64,000 nucleotides of DNA from IMG/VR virus record IMGVR_UViG_3300032323_001214, positions 185,607 through 249,606 of that record. The stretch is one strand, 5' to 3'. Each line of letters starts with the position of its first letter. Within the stretch, counting starts at the first letter, position 1. Positions 48,677 to 58,256 of the stretch are shown here, piece after piece. A program made the position numbers and the translations under genes. The notes under the pieces are model-generated. The model was not told where the DNA came from. It saw nothing but the letters and a program-made list of their open reading frames with translations, and did not search any database.

Positions 48677-49252
48677 ATGAGATTTAACGAAATACTATCA
48701 GAATCAGCAGTAAAACAACTAGCAAAAAAATTGCCTAGTTTAGAAAAACACGACTATAATACCATTGATAAACTAATGAAAACAGTAGCTAAACAACATA
48801 GTATCACTGGTAAAGCACTGCATGACCTTTTTGTTAAAAAATATAATAAAACTCCCGACGACTGGATTAAAAATAAATTAGATGAGAGCAACGTTGATAC
48901 AGAATTACAACAGGAAGTTGATAAATTCTGTAAATGGGCATGTAACAAACTATCTATTAAAGACGAACCCCATATTGAGTTGAGTATGGATACTGAAGAA
49001 GCGCAAACTAATCATCATACCGGCGGACACATAATGGGTGATGATAAGATTTGGGTGTATGCTAAAAATCGTAATTTAGTAGATATATTACGCACAGTAT
49101 TTCACGAATTGGTTCATGTTCGTCAGGGCGAACTAGATATGATTAATCCGGGTGATAGTTATCCGGGCAGTCCAATTGAGGTGATGGCTGACGCCTTGGC
49201 TGGTAAATATATCAAAATTTATGGTGAAAAGAACCATCATATCTTTCAATAA
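48677..49252 (+). CDS. Zincin-like metallopeptidase domain protein (MRFNEILSE leader)
   Basis: RTVFHELVHVRQ (HExxH) plus downstream E..A; late box 48644-48651. Confidence 0.7.
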   Translation: MRFNEILSESAVKQLAKKLPSLEKHDYNTIDKLMKTVAKQHSITGKALHDLFVKKYNKTPDDWIKNKLDESNVDTELQQEVDKFCKWACNKLSIKDEPHIELSMDTEEAQTNHHTGGHIMGDDKIWVYAKNRNLVDILRTVFHELVHVRQGELDMINPGDSYPGSPIEVMADALAGKYIKIYGEKNHHIFQ

Positions 49253-49278
49253 TAAACGATCTATGCTATAATGCATAG

Positions 49279-49875
49279 ATGATTAAACTCACTGTTCCCC
49301 TACCCAAACAAATCACAGTCGCATGTAGCGGTGGCGTAGATAGTATGGCAGTCGTTGACTTTCTTAAACGAAAGCACGAAGTAACGATTGCATATTTTAA
49401 TCATAGAACAGAACATGGTGAAAAAGCTGCCGAGTTTGTTTCTAGGTATTGCAGTGACAATAATATTGTTATGTTATATGGGTCACCTCGAAGAATGCGT
49501 GGTTCAAAAGAATCAATAGAAGAATACTGGCGTAGAGAACGCTATACTTTCCTTGAGGAATTGGGCCCAGTCATTACATGTCATCACTTAGACGATTGTG
49601 TTGAAACATATATTTGGTCAAGTTTACATGGCACACCCAAAGTTATTCCATTAACTCGCAACAACATATTACGCCCATTTTTAACTACTCGCAAAAGTGA
49701 ATTTATTCGTTGGTGTGAGCAACATAATGTTCCCTGGATCGAAGATGATTCAAACAAGAACACCAAATACACAAGAAATTATATTCGCAATGAAATGATG
49801 CCACATGTACTGAAAGTAAATCCGGGCATTCATACTTTGGTCAAAAAGATTGTAGAAGGTAAACAAAATACTTGA
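49279..49875 (+). CDS. tilS: TilS-like PP-loop ATPase (tRNA lysidine synthetase N-terminal domain only)
   Basis: ACSGGVDSM, R..RY, HHLDD..ET, RPFL, W.ED.SN....Y.RN.IR. Confidence 0.75.
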   Translation: MIKLTVPLPKQITVACSGGVDSMAVVDFLKRKHEVTIAYFNHRTEHGEKAAEFVSRYCSDNNIVMLYGSPRRMRGSKESIEEYWRRERYTFLEELGPVITCHHLDDCVETYIWSSLHGTPKVIPLTRNNILRPFLTTRKSEFIRWCEQHNVPWIEDDSNKNTKYTRNYIRNEMMPHVLKVNPGIHTLVKKIVEGKQNT

Positions 49876-49900
49876 CTTTTCTACGCAGTACAAGTACACT
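49872..49900 (+). promoter_or_regulatory. Sigma70-type promoter
   Basis: TTGACT-17 nt-TACACT upstream of the replication genes. Confidence 0.65.
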
Positions 49901-49923
49901 AACTAATTATTTAAGGAGAACCT

Positions 49924-50190
49924 ATGTCAGATTACAACAGAACCTTTAATGGTGACGCAAAAATTAAACTAACACAATTAGTCAATGAGGGTATGACAAT
50001 CCTACATGAGATTGACACATTAAATGGTGGATTAAACGATACTATTAAAGCGGTTGCAGAAGAACTTGAAATCAAGGCTTCTACACTAAAGAAAGCAATT
50101 AAGATTGCACATAAAGCAAGTTTGGGTCAAACTAACAAAGACCACGATGAACTCAACACTATCTTGGAAACAGTCGGCAAAACTCTATGA
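49924..50190 (+). CDS. Small helical DNA-binding protein (DsbA/GapR-like, tentative)
   Basis: 88-aa all-helical pattern L.D.IKAVAEEL.I....LKKAI; immediately before the polymerase. Confidence 0.5.
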   Translation: MSDYNRTFNGDAKIKLTQLVNEGMTILHEIDTLNGGLNDTIKAVAEELEIKASTLKKAIKIAHKASLGQTNKDHDELNTILETVGKTL

Positions 50191-52904
50191 GTTATGTTGA
50201 TGCTATTCACAGTAGGGATGAAGACCGTATCTACGTTGTAGAACGGGACACTAACGGCAAGCGTCAATACAAAGAATATCCTACTAACTACGTATTATAC
50301 TACCCTGACCCTAAGGGTAAACATCGTAGCATCTATGGTGAACCAGTTAGTCGTTTCAGTACACGCAAACGACAAGAGTTTGAAAAAGAAAAGCGTATTC
50401 ATTCTGGCAAGAAATTGTATGAGAGTGATATCAACGTAGTCTTTCGTTGCCTAAGCGAAAACTATCTTAAAGTCGATGCACCTAAACTTCACACTTGTTT
50501 CTTTGACATTGAAGTAGACTTTGATCCTGATAAAGGATTCAGTCCTACTAGCGATCCGTTCAATCCTGTTACAGCTATCAGTTGTTATTTAGATTGGCTT
50601 GATCAGTGTGTTACTCTAGTCATTGCTCCCAAGCATATGACACCAGAGACTGCCAATGAGATTGTAAATGAATTTGAAAACACAATGCTTTTCAAAACTG
50701 AGAAGGAAATGTTTGACGTTTTCTTTCAACTCATTGAAGATGCTGATGTATTGACTGGCTGGAACTCAGAGGGCTATGATATTCCCTATATGGTCAATCG
50801 TGTTACTAGAGTAATGAGTAAGGATGACACACGCAAGTTCTGCTTGATGGGTCAACTACCTAAAGCTAGAGAATACGAACGATTTGGTAAGAGTGAAACA
50901 ACTTATGACTTAGTAGGTCGTATTCACTTGGACTATCTACAATTGTACAAAAAGTATAACTATGAATCACGCCACAGTTATAAACTAGATTCTATCGGCG
51001 AGATGGAAGTTGGTGAAAACAAAACACAATATGAAGGTACTCTTGACCAGTTGTATAACAAAGACTTTAAAAAGTTCATTGAATACAACAGACAAGATAC
51101 TATGTTGTTGGTAAAGATTCATAACAAACTTAAGTTTTTAGAATTAGCTAATCAACTTGCACATGAGAACACAGTACTGCTCCCAACAGTTATGGGTTCA
51201 GTGGCAATGATTGAGATGGCAATTTTTAATGAGGCTCACGAACGTGGGTTAGTTGTTCCAGATAAAAAACGAAAGGTTGAAAATGAAGAAGAAGTCCAGC
51301 AGGCAGCAGGTGCCTTCGTTGCTACTCCGAAACGCGGTATGCACGAATGGGTCGGTGCAGTTGACATCAACTCGCTCTATCCCTCGGTTATTCGTGCCCT
51401 CAACATGGGAGGAGAAACAATCGTTGCACAAGTTAGACAGACCCTCACAGACCAGTACATGAAAGACAAAGGCTTACGCCTTGCTATGGAAAAGAAACGC
51501 TACAAAGATGGCGATGACGATGTTACTGGTGCTATCTTATGGGAAGGTTTGTTTAGTTGTTTAGAATACACAGCAATCATGTCACAAGAACGTGGCACAA
51601 TACTATGGGTAGACTATGAAGATGGTCGCAGTGTAGAAATGAGTGCGGCAGAAATATGGAAGATGATCTTTGATAGTCATAAGCCTTATATGCTAAGTGC
51701 TAATGGCACAATCTTTACTTATGAAAAAGAAGGTGTTGTTCCCGGTCTACTAACTCGTTGGTATACAGAACGTAAAAGTATTCAGAAACAAGCAAAAGAA
51801 GCGTATGGTACTGATATGTATGAGTACTATGATAAACGACAACTTGTTCGTAAGATTTTATTGAACTCTGCATATGGCGCACTGTTGAACGAACATTGTC
51901 GTTTCTATGATAAGCGTATAGGTCAAAGTGTTACATTGAGTGGTCGTCAGATTGTTAAACATATGATGAGTCAAATCAATCAAACTGTTGCAGGTGAGTA
52001 CACCCATGAAGGCGAAGCTATCGTATATGGGGACACTGACTCCTGTTATTTCTCTGCATATACTACACTAAAGCCGCAAATCGATAAGGGTGAATTACAC
52101 TGGGATAAAGATTTGTGCATTGGTTTATACGATAGTATTGCTGACGAAGCTAATAACAGTTTTCCACAATTCATGGAGAAGGCATTTCATGCTCCTCGCA
52201 AGAACGGTGAGATCATCAAAGCTGGTAGAGAACTGATCGGTGATCGTGCCATCTTTATCACTAAAAAGCGTTACGCTATTAACATTTTTGATAAAGAAGG
52301 TAAACGTAAGGACAAAGAAGGACAGCTAGGTGATATCAAAGCTATGGGTCTTGACTTGAAACGTGCAGATACACCTAAATATGTACAAGAGTTTTTATTG
52401 AATGTATTGAGCATGGTCATTCAGCAAGGTAAGGGTCGTGACGAAGTTATCGAGGCAATTAAAGACTTTAAACGTATCTTAACAGCACAAGACAGCTGGA
52501 CTAAAGGTTCTCCTAAGGGTGTAAACAAACTCACATACTATGGTGACTTAGAATCTAAGAGTGCAACAGGTCGTGCTAACATGCCCGGTCACGTTCGTGC
52601 GGCATTGAACTATAATTACTTGCGCAGAGTAAATGGAGATCAATATAGTCAAAAGATTATTGATGGTATGAAGGTTATTGTTTGTAAACTTAAATCTAAC
52701 GCATTGGGTTTTACAAGCATTGCTTATCCCGTTGATGAACTTAGATTACCAAAATGGTTTATAGAGTTACCATTCGATGATGCTGAAATGGAAAAGACAT
52801 TGGTCGATGAAAAAATTGATAACTTGTTGGGTGTACTAGGATGGGATATTCGTAGTAGTACAGATACTAACAGTACGTTTGATGATTTATTTAGTTTCGG
52901 TTAA
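50187..52904 (+). CDS. Family B DNA polymerase with 3'-5' exonuclease (gp43-like)
   Basis: FDIEVD, WNS.GYD, YN..D exonuclease motifs; DINSLYPS, K..LNS.YG, YGDTDS, KKRY. Confidence 0.97.
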   Translation: MSYVDAIHSRDEDRIYVVERDTNGKRQYKEYPTNYVLYYPDPKGKHRSIYGEPVSRFSTRKRQEFEKEKRIHSGKKLYESDINVVFRCLSENYLKVDAPKLHTCFFDIEVDFDPDKGFSPTSDPFNPVTAISCYLDWLDQCVTLVIAPKHMTPETANEIVNEFENTMLFKTEKEMFDVFFQLIEDADVLTGWNSEGYDIPYMVNRVTRVMSKDDTRKFCLMGQLPKAREYERFGKSETTYDLVGRIHLDYLQLYKKYNYESRHSYKLDSIGEMEVGENKTQYEGTLDQLYNKDFKKFIEYNRQDTMLLVKIHNKLKFLELANQLAHENTVLLPTVMGSVAMIEMAIFNEAHERGLVVPDKKRKVENEEEVQQAAGAFVATPKRGMHEWVGAVDINSLYPSVIRALNMGGETIVAQVRQTLTDQYMKDKGLRLAMEKKRYKDGDDDVTGAILWEGLFSCLEYTAIMSQERGTILWVDYEDGRSVEMSAAEIWKMIFDSHKPYMLSANGTIFTYEKEGVVPGLLTRWYTERKSIQKQAKEAYGTDMYEYYDKRQLVRKILLNSAYGALLNEHCRFYDKRIGQSVTLSGRQIVKHMMSQINQTVAGEYTHEGEAIVYGDTDSCYFSAYTTLKPQIDKGELHWDKDLCIGLYDSIADEANNSFPQFMEKAFHAPRKNGEIIKAGRELIGDRAIFITKKRYAINIFDKEGKRKDKEGQLGDIKAMGLDLKRADTPKYVQEFLLNVLSMVIQQGKGRDEVIEAIKDFKRILTAQDSWTKGSPKGVNKLTYYGDLESKSATGRANMPGHVRAALNYNYLRRVNGDQYSQKIIDGMKVIVCKLKSNALGFTSIAYPVDELRLPKWFIELPFDDAEMEKTLVDEKIDNLLGVLGWDIRSSTDTNSTFDDLFSFG

Positions 52905-52911
52905 ATTGATA

Positions 52912-52940
52912 TTGACATACGCAATAAACCCCATTATAAT
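52912..52940 (+). promoter_or_regulatory. Sigma70-type promoter
   Basis: TTGACA-17 nt-TATAAT. Confidence 0.9.
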
Positions 52941-52981
52941 ACACACTATAACTACCTAAATAGTTCTAACAAAGGAAAAAC

Positions 52982-53713
52982 ATGAAAGATTATTTACAAG
53001 ATTTAATTCAACACACACAGGGTCTAGGTAATGTAGACTTGATTAAAGTCACTGGCACTGACCAAGAAACACAAATCAATGCAATCGCAGACGACAAATC
53101 TGTTATTGTAAGCGGTATTCTTGCGAGTCCTATCTCTGACTTCATTGGAGTATTTGGTATGCCTAACCTAGGCAAATTAAAAACTATTATAGGATTTGAT
53201 GATTACGACAAGGATGCTAAGATTAGCGTTGCTACTTCTAACAGAGATGGGGTAGATGTTCCTACTACGATTCACTTTGAAACTAAAGACGGTTCATTTG
53301 TTAATGACTATCGACTAATGAGCAAAGCAATTGTTGAAGAAAAAGTCAAAACCGTTACTTTCAAGGGAACAACATGGAATGTTGAATTTGAACCTACTAT
53401 TGCAGGCATTCAACGACTAAAGAAGCAAGCAAGTGCTAACAGTGAACAAGATCATTTTACAATGACTACTGTTAACGGTGACTTGAAGATTAACTTTGGT
53501 GACCCAAGTACTCACAGTGGTAACTTTGTATTTCACCCAACCGTCACTGGTTCGTTGAGTAAAACATGGAACTGGCCCGTTAAAGTATTCCTAGCTATTA
53601 TGGATCTGCCAGGTGATAAAACTGTGCGTGTTGCTGATGCAGGTGCAACTGAAATTACAGTTAACAGTGGTCTAGCAACATATCGTTATTTGCTTCCGGC
53701 TAATTCAAAATGA
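52982..53713 (+). CDS. Sliding clamp (gp45 / PCNA-like)
   Basis: 243 aa alternating beta/alpha pattern, C-terminal YLLPA, adjacent to PolB; clamp loader present in window. Confidence 0.6.
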   Translation: MKDYLQDLIQHTQGLGNVDLIKVTGTDQETQINAIADDKSVIVSGILASPISDFIGVFGMPNLGKLKTIIGFDDYDKDAKISVATSNRDGVDVPTTIHFETKDGSFVNDYRLMSKAIVEEKVKTVTFKGTTWNVEFEPTIAGIQRLKKQASANSEQDHFTMTTVNGDLKINFGDPSTHSGNFVFHPTVTGSLSKTWNWPVKVFLAIMDLPGDKTVRVADAGATEITVNSGLATYRYLLPANSK

Positions 53714-54078
53714 TTGATTATATCGTTGGTGGTGAGTACCTAAATGTTACTAGTAACAAAGGTGCTCAACCTTATATCAATATGTCTAGCAATCAGCCTA
53801 TGGTAGGAGCATTAAGTTATGATCCTAGTATTGGGCAGATGAAGGTCTACGATGGTAACAGCTGGATGAGTCTTGGAGGTGGTAGTGCTACTGTCAATAT
53901 GAGTCCAAACGCTATCACTATTCTCAAGTGGGCTGAAAAGAAAATGCTAGAAGAAGCTGAACGTGAACGATTAGCAGAAACTAATCCTACTATCAGAGAC
54001 TTAATGGATCAGATTAAGCAAAAAGAAGAACAAATCAAAATTGTTCAAACATTAATAAAAGAAGAAGAAAAAGTTTAA
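53710..54078 (+). CDS. Hypothetical protein
   Basis: 122-aa ORF coupled to neighbours. Confidence 0.7.
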   Translation: MIDYIVGGEYLNVTSNKGAQPYINMSSNQPMVGALSYDPSIGQMKVYDGNSWMSLGGGSATVNMSPNAITILKWAEKKMLEEAERERLAETNPTIRDLMDQIKQKEEQIKIVQTLIKEEEKV

Positions 54079-55670
54079 TGGAACAAGTAAATCTATCAGC
54101 AAGTCACAATGACGATTGGGCATTGTTCTTACCAGCAGTCAGTAGTTTTTATATCTCCGGCTTAGGTAAGCAACGTAAAGGCGAACAATATTTTGATCCT
54201 GCACGTATTCCTGCAAAGTTTAATGGTGATGTAGAGAAACTAAACTTTCTTAATAGTAAGGAAGGTCTCTACTATTACAAGTGGGGATTGTACAGTGCTG
54301 GTCATGCTAACTTAGATACAACAGTTAATGATCCTAGTGAGAGTATCATTAGAGAACGTGAAGCTGGCACATTTATGTTGGGTGACAGTGGTGGATTTCA
54401 GATTCTTAAAGGTCAATGGCCAGCTGATTGGAAAGATCCTAACTGCCCACGTGCTATGGTAAAACGTAAAGCGGTGTTAAACTGGATGGACACATACATG
54501 GATTATGGTATGTGTTTAGATATCCCATCACAATCATTGAGTACGTTTCATATGAAGGATCCTAAAACCATAGAAAAGGATTCAGAGGGTAAACCAATAC
54601 CCGGCACTGGTAAAAGTCTTCATGGCATCAGTACGATTGAAGAAGCTATTGCCGCTACACATATTAATAACGAATACTTTATTAAGAACCGTAATGGCAA
54701 ATGCAAGTTCTTAAATGTGTTGCAAGGTCGTAATCACACACAAAGTGATGACTGGTATGAAGAAATGAAGAAGTATTGTGATCCAAATATCTACCCAGAT
54801 AATCATTTTAATGGTTGGGCATTCGGTGGACAAAACAAGATTGACGTACACTTGATGTTGCGTAGACTTGTTGACATTATCCACGACGGATTGTTAGTTG
54901 AAGGCAAGCATGATTTGGTTCACTGTTTGGGTGTATCTATCTTAGAGTATGCTGTACTCTTCACCGACATTCAAAAAGCTATTCGCAAATATCATAACCC
55001 AAAACTTAAAATCACATTTGACTGTGCAAGCCCATTCTTTAGTGCGGCTAAAGGTCTAGCATACTTTAACAACAGTATTGAACACGATAAGAAATGGTCA
55101 TACAGTATGGAAAAGACTGCTGAGAAAAAGAGTTATGCCAACGATAATCGTAAGTACAGTGATGGGGTATTAGCTGATGGTATACACAAAATATTTACCG
55201 ATAGTCCTGTAACTGACCTTATGACCATGAAGGACCTTTGCTATCGCGGTCAAGGATTCATCGGTCAACATGGTAAAGAAACAAAGACTAGTTGGGATAC
55301 ATTAAGTTATACACTAGTACAAAGTCACAATGTTTACACTCACTTAAGTGCTGTACAAGAAGCCAATCGTAAATATGAACAAGGTATCATGCCAAAAATG
55401 GTTATGAATCAGTTTGATGACGAACATTTCGGTGAAATTGTAGATAAGATATTTGCACAAAAAGATAGACAAAAGAGTATATCTATGATAGAATCTCATA
55501 GTAGCTTCTGGATGCAAATGAAATCAGGTAGTCAAGGTTTCAGTGGTAAAAAAGCAATGAATGCTATGACTATGTTTGACCAATTATTTGATATAAACAC
55601 AGATGAATCGGAAGTTGATGAAATCATTGAAGATAGTGACGATGAGATTTCCAAAGTACTAGGAGAATAA
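54078..55670 (+). CDS. TGT-fold transglycosylase, DpdA-like (7-deazaguanine insertion)
   Basis: LGDSGGFQ, MCLDIP, VLQG, GWAFGG, HCLG, TFDCASP, HN motifs of the TGT/DpdA superfamily; folE and queD nearby. Confidence 0.75.
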   Translation: MEQVNLSASHNDDWALFLPAVSSFYISGLGKQRKGEQYFDPARIPAKFNGDVEKLNFLNSKEGLYYYKWGLYSAGHANLDTTVNDPSESIIREREAGTFMLGDSGGFQILKGQWPADWKDPNCPRAMVKRKAVLNWMDTYMDYGMCLDIPSQSLSTFHMKDPKTIEKDSEGKPIPGTGKSLHGISTIEEAIAATHINNEYFIKNRNGKCKFLNVLQGRNHTQSDDWYEEMKKYCDPNIYPDNHFNGWAFGGQNKIDVHLMLRRLVDIIHDGLLVEGKHDLVHCLGVSILEYAVLFTDIQKAIRKYHNPKLKITFDCASPFFSAAKGLAYFNNSIEHDKKWSYSMEKTAEKKSYANDNRKYSDGVLADGIHKIFTDSPVTDLMTMKDLCYRGQGFIGQHGKETKTSWDTLSYTLVQSHNVYTHLSAVQEANRKYEQGIMPKMVMNQFDDEHFGEIVDKIFAQKDRQKSISMIESHSSFWMQMKSGSQGFSGKKAMNAMTMFDQLFDINTDESEVDEIIEDSDDEISKVLGE

Positions 55671-55671
55671 T

Positions 55672-55884
55672 ATGCCATATGAACAACGTATAAAGATATT
55701 AGAAGAATCGCATAGACTAGTTGATAATCAATTGTTCCAATTAGAGAAGTCAGGTAGCAAAGATTCTGCTAAAATAAAATCTCTACAAGAAATAAAAGAA
55801 AAGTACCTAAGCGAACTACGTGTCTTGCGTAGGGCGCAATGGGATCATGACCACGAAACAGTTAACTTTGATGACGACCGATGA
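55672..55884 (+). CDS. Small coiled-coil protein
   Basis: 70 aa; L.E.H..VD..L..LE pattern; AGGAG SD. Confidence 0.65.
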   Translation: MPYEQRIKILEESHRLVDNQLFQLEKSGSKDSAKIKSLQEIKEKYLSELRVLRRAQWDHDHETVNFDDDR

Positions 55885-56336
55885 ACGAACAACACAATCA
55901 AGCAATTACGGAAAAACGAGTACGCATTAAGCATCATGCCAAGCGTATGATTTTTGTTACATTTCAAAAAGAGGGTATTCATATGTACCCAGCAGCGGCA
56001 ACAGATCCAGCACTTGCAACGGGTGATGAATATGATGTTAGCTTTTTAGGAACTCCACATCGCCATATCTTTCACTTTAACGTGGCGATTGAAGTATTTC
56101 ACAACGACAGGGATATTGAATTCATTCAATTTAAACGCTGGTTAGAGAATCTCTATAAAGGCGGTACACTTGAATTGAATTACAAGAGTTGTGAAATGAT
56201 TAGTGATGACCTCTATGAAGTTATTGCTACTCGCTATCCCGATCGTAACATTGAAATCACTGTCTCAGAAGATAATGAGAACGGTGCAACGATTTATTAC
56301 AACACAACCAAACCTTATCAACAACTAGCTATTTAA
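55881..56336 (+). CDS. QueD-like T-fold protein (second copy, divergent)
   Basis: EGIH.YP, HRHIFHF, DRDIEF, SCEMI, V.ED.ENG: His/His/Glu layout of the PTPS/QueD fold. Confidence 0.55.
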   Translation: MNEQHNQAITEKRVRIKHHAKRMIFVTFQKEGIHMYPAAATDPALATGDEYDVSFLGTPHRHIFHFNVAIEVFHNDRDIEFIQFKRWLENLYKGGTLELNYKSCEMISDDLYEVIATRYPDRNIEITVSEDNENGATIYYNTTKPYQQLAI

Positions 56337-56348
56337 AGGATTATTAAA

Positions 56349-56558
56349 ATGGCAAAACAACAATTTCAACCTAACCCACGCCTCCGTCAAATTTTTGAAG
56401 ACTTGGAAAAGTATCTTGCATTCTGTCAAGACTTTGGTTATAAATTTGACGAAGCAGAAATGTACAACATGCGTAGTTACGTGTATCGTCAATATAATAA
56501 ATTTGCAACTGGCAAGGGTGCAAAAGATCAATGGGCAGAACTACTTGCACGACCATGA
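56349..56558 (+). CDS. Hypothetical protein
   Basis: 69-aa ORF with AAGGA SD. Confidence 0.7.
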   Translation: MAKQQFQPNPRLRQIFEDLEKYLAFCQDFGYKFDEAEMYNMRSYVYRQYNKFATGKGAKDQWAELLARP

Positions 56559-57742
56559 GAAAATTATATTACATGGGTCTTGAACCCTACAAAGCAAGAT
56601 ATACTCTACAACTGCAAGAGTGGAATGTAGAAGTTTTCAAGCGTAGGAAAATCAAGTATGTAGTTGTACCCGGTGAGACACTAAGTAACGATCAAGCGAT
56701 TGTTACTGGGCAAGTATTAGATGCACATGGTCGTTCATATTTCGGTATGAGTCAAATGATGAATCTAGTTAAGATGATGAAAGCAGGGGAAGTTACCAGT
56801 GAAGATGTTATCTATTTTGAAGACATGTTTCAACCGGGCTTTGAAAGTTTGCCTTATATTCTTAATCAAGTTAGTGAAACACATCGCCCTAAAATATATG
56901 TCCGCTGTCTTGCGCAGTCAATCGATCCTGATGACTTTGTTCACGTTTGGGGGATGGCCAAGTGGATGGGTTCCTACGAGAAGATGGTCTGCGAAGCTGT
57001 TAGCCAGAGTGGTGGTGCGATCCTCGCGACTAATGAAGAAATGGTCATGAACATGAAGATTGCAGGTTGGGATGTACCAATCTACAATATCAGTGGTTTA
57101 GCATTTGGTAAGAGCGAAGTAATGAATAGAGTAAATAAAATTATTCCATTCCATGATCGCAAAAACCGAGTGGTATTTTCAGCACGATGGGATCAAGAAA
57201 AACAACCAGACTTCTATATGGATGTTATTGAGGGCTGGAATAAACGGCACCCAAACAACAATGTAGAATTTTGTATTTGCAGTGGTGCTAAACTACGTAG
57301 CAATAACGACAGTTACATGAAACGCACACATAATCTAGTTGAACGTGATCTATTGCGTATCTATGAGGATCTAGAAAAAGATGACTATTATGATATTGTC
57401 AATAATAGCCGTGTTGTGTTTAACTGTGCTTTACAAGATTGGGTGTCAAACACAGTATCAGAAGCAGATGCTCTTGGATGTAATGTATTGTATCCGGCGT
57501 ATCGTAGCTTCCCTGAAACGTTTGCTAACGATCCGGAAAGATTATACATTCCATGGTCTGTAACAGATGCATTGGATAAACTTGAAAAGTTATTGAAGAA
57601 ACCCCATACTGATATCGGAAAAATAAGTGATTACAACAACGGTACAATTGATCGTATTGTTGATATCCTTCAAGGCAATGGACAGAGTATGTTGAGAATG
57701 TCCACTGACTATAGAAAACATACTCGCAATTCTAAATTTTAA
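56555..57742 (+). CDS. GT-B fold glycosyltransferase
   Basis: ARWDQEKQP and QDWVSNTVSEA.ALGC..L.P...SFPE (GT4-like C-terminal motif). Confidence 0.75.
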   Translation: MRKLYYMGLEPYKARYTLQLQEWNVEVFKRRKIKYVVVPGETLSNDQAIVTGQVLDAHGRSYFGMSQMMNLVKMMKAGEVTSEDVIYFEDMFQPGFESLPYILNQVSETHRPKIYVRCLAQSIDPDDFVHVWGMAKWMGSYEKMVCEAVSQSGGAILATNEEMVMNMKIAGWDVPIYNISGLAFGKSEVMNRVNKIIPFHDRKNRVVFSARWDQEKQPDFYMDVIEGWNKRHPNNNVEFCICSGAKLRSNNDSYMKRTHNLVERDLLRIYEDLEKDDYYDIVNNSRVVFNCALQDWVSNTVSEADALGCNVLYPAYRSFPETFANDPERLYIPWSVTDALDKLEKLLKKPHTDIGKISDYNNGTIDRIVDILQGNGQSMLRMSTDYRKHTRNSKF

Positions 57743-57751
57743 GGAGAAAAT

Positions 57752-57946
57752 ATGAGCGCACATAATGATATTGAAACAAGTTTGGCAACATACAATGCTG
57801 AGAATGATAAGTTTAACAAAGGTAATGCGGCAGCAGGTACACGTGCCCGTAAAGCATTAGCAGAACTAGCAAAAGCAGTTAAAGCACGCCGTAATGAAAT
57901 TACAGCAGAAAAAGCCGCACGTGCAGAAGCAAAAACTAAGGCTTAA
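57752..57946 (+). CDS. Histone H1-like Hc1-type nucleoid protein
   Basis: KGNAAAGTRARKAL.EL....K..R.EI. Confidence 0.7.
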   Translation: MSAHNDIETSLATYNAENDKFNKGNAAAGTRARKALAELAKAVKARRNEITAEKAARAEAKTKA

Positions 57947-57948
57947 TC

Positions 57949-58191
57949 ATGGCTCGCAAGAAGATTCAACTTGGAGAAGTGATCTCATTGCCTACATCAA
58001 TAGAAAAGGGTAGTCACTTAACTGTGACTACCTTTCCTGATGGTCGCACTGAATTAAAATGGGATGATGAAGCACTGCTTAGTGAAGTAAGAAATGCTAT
58101 ACTAAAAGCAGAAAGTGTTATGCCCGTGACGAATGAAGTCAAGCCTGCAGTTAAGGCTAAATCAAAAAAATCAGTTACTAAATCAAAGTGA
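57949..58191 (+). CDS. Hypothetical protein
   Basis: 80-aa ORF in operon. Confidence 0.6.
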   Translation: MARKKIQLGEVISLPTSIEKGSHLTVTTFPDGRTELKWDDEALLSEVRNAILKAESVMPVTNEVKPAVKAKSKKSVTKSK

Positions 58192-58256
58192 TAAATACTT
58201 GTGCTACACAACGGTAGCACAATGTCAAAACAAAACCATCACAAAGGAAGGTTATC
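58190..58256 (+). promoter_or_regulatory. Late box plus hairpin leader of folE
   Basis: GATAAATA then GTGCTAC-ACAACG-GTAGCAC stem-loop. Confidence 0.5.

Noticed and set aside
49279-49875. SGGxDS protein as QueC completing the preQ0 pathway
   Set aside because: It has TilS-type motifs (HHxDD..ET, RP.L, ED.SN, RN.IR) and lacks the QueC C-terminal CxxCxxC zinc site.
50187-52904. Intron or intein in the DNA polymerase
   Set aside because: The frame is continuous with all PolB motifs in order; the insert between regions II and III has no intein splice motifs.
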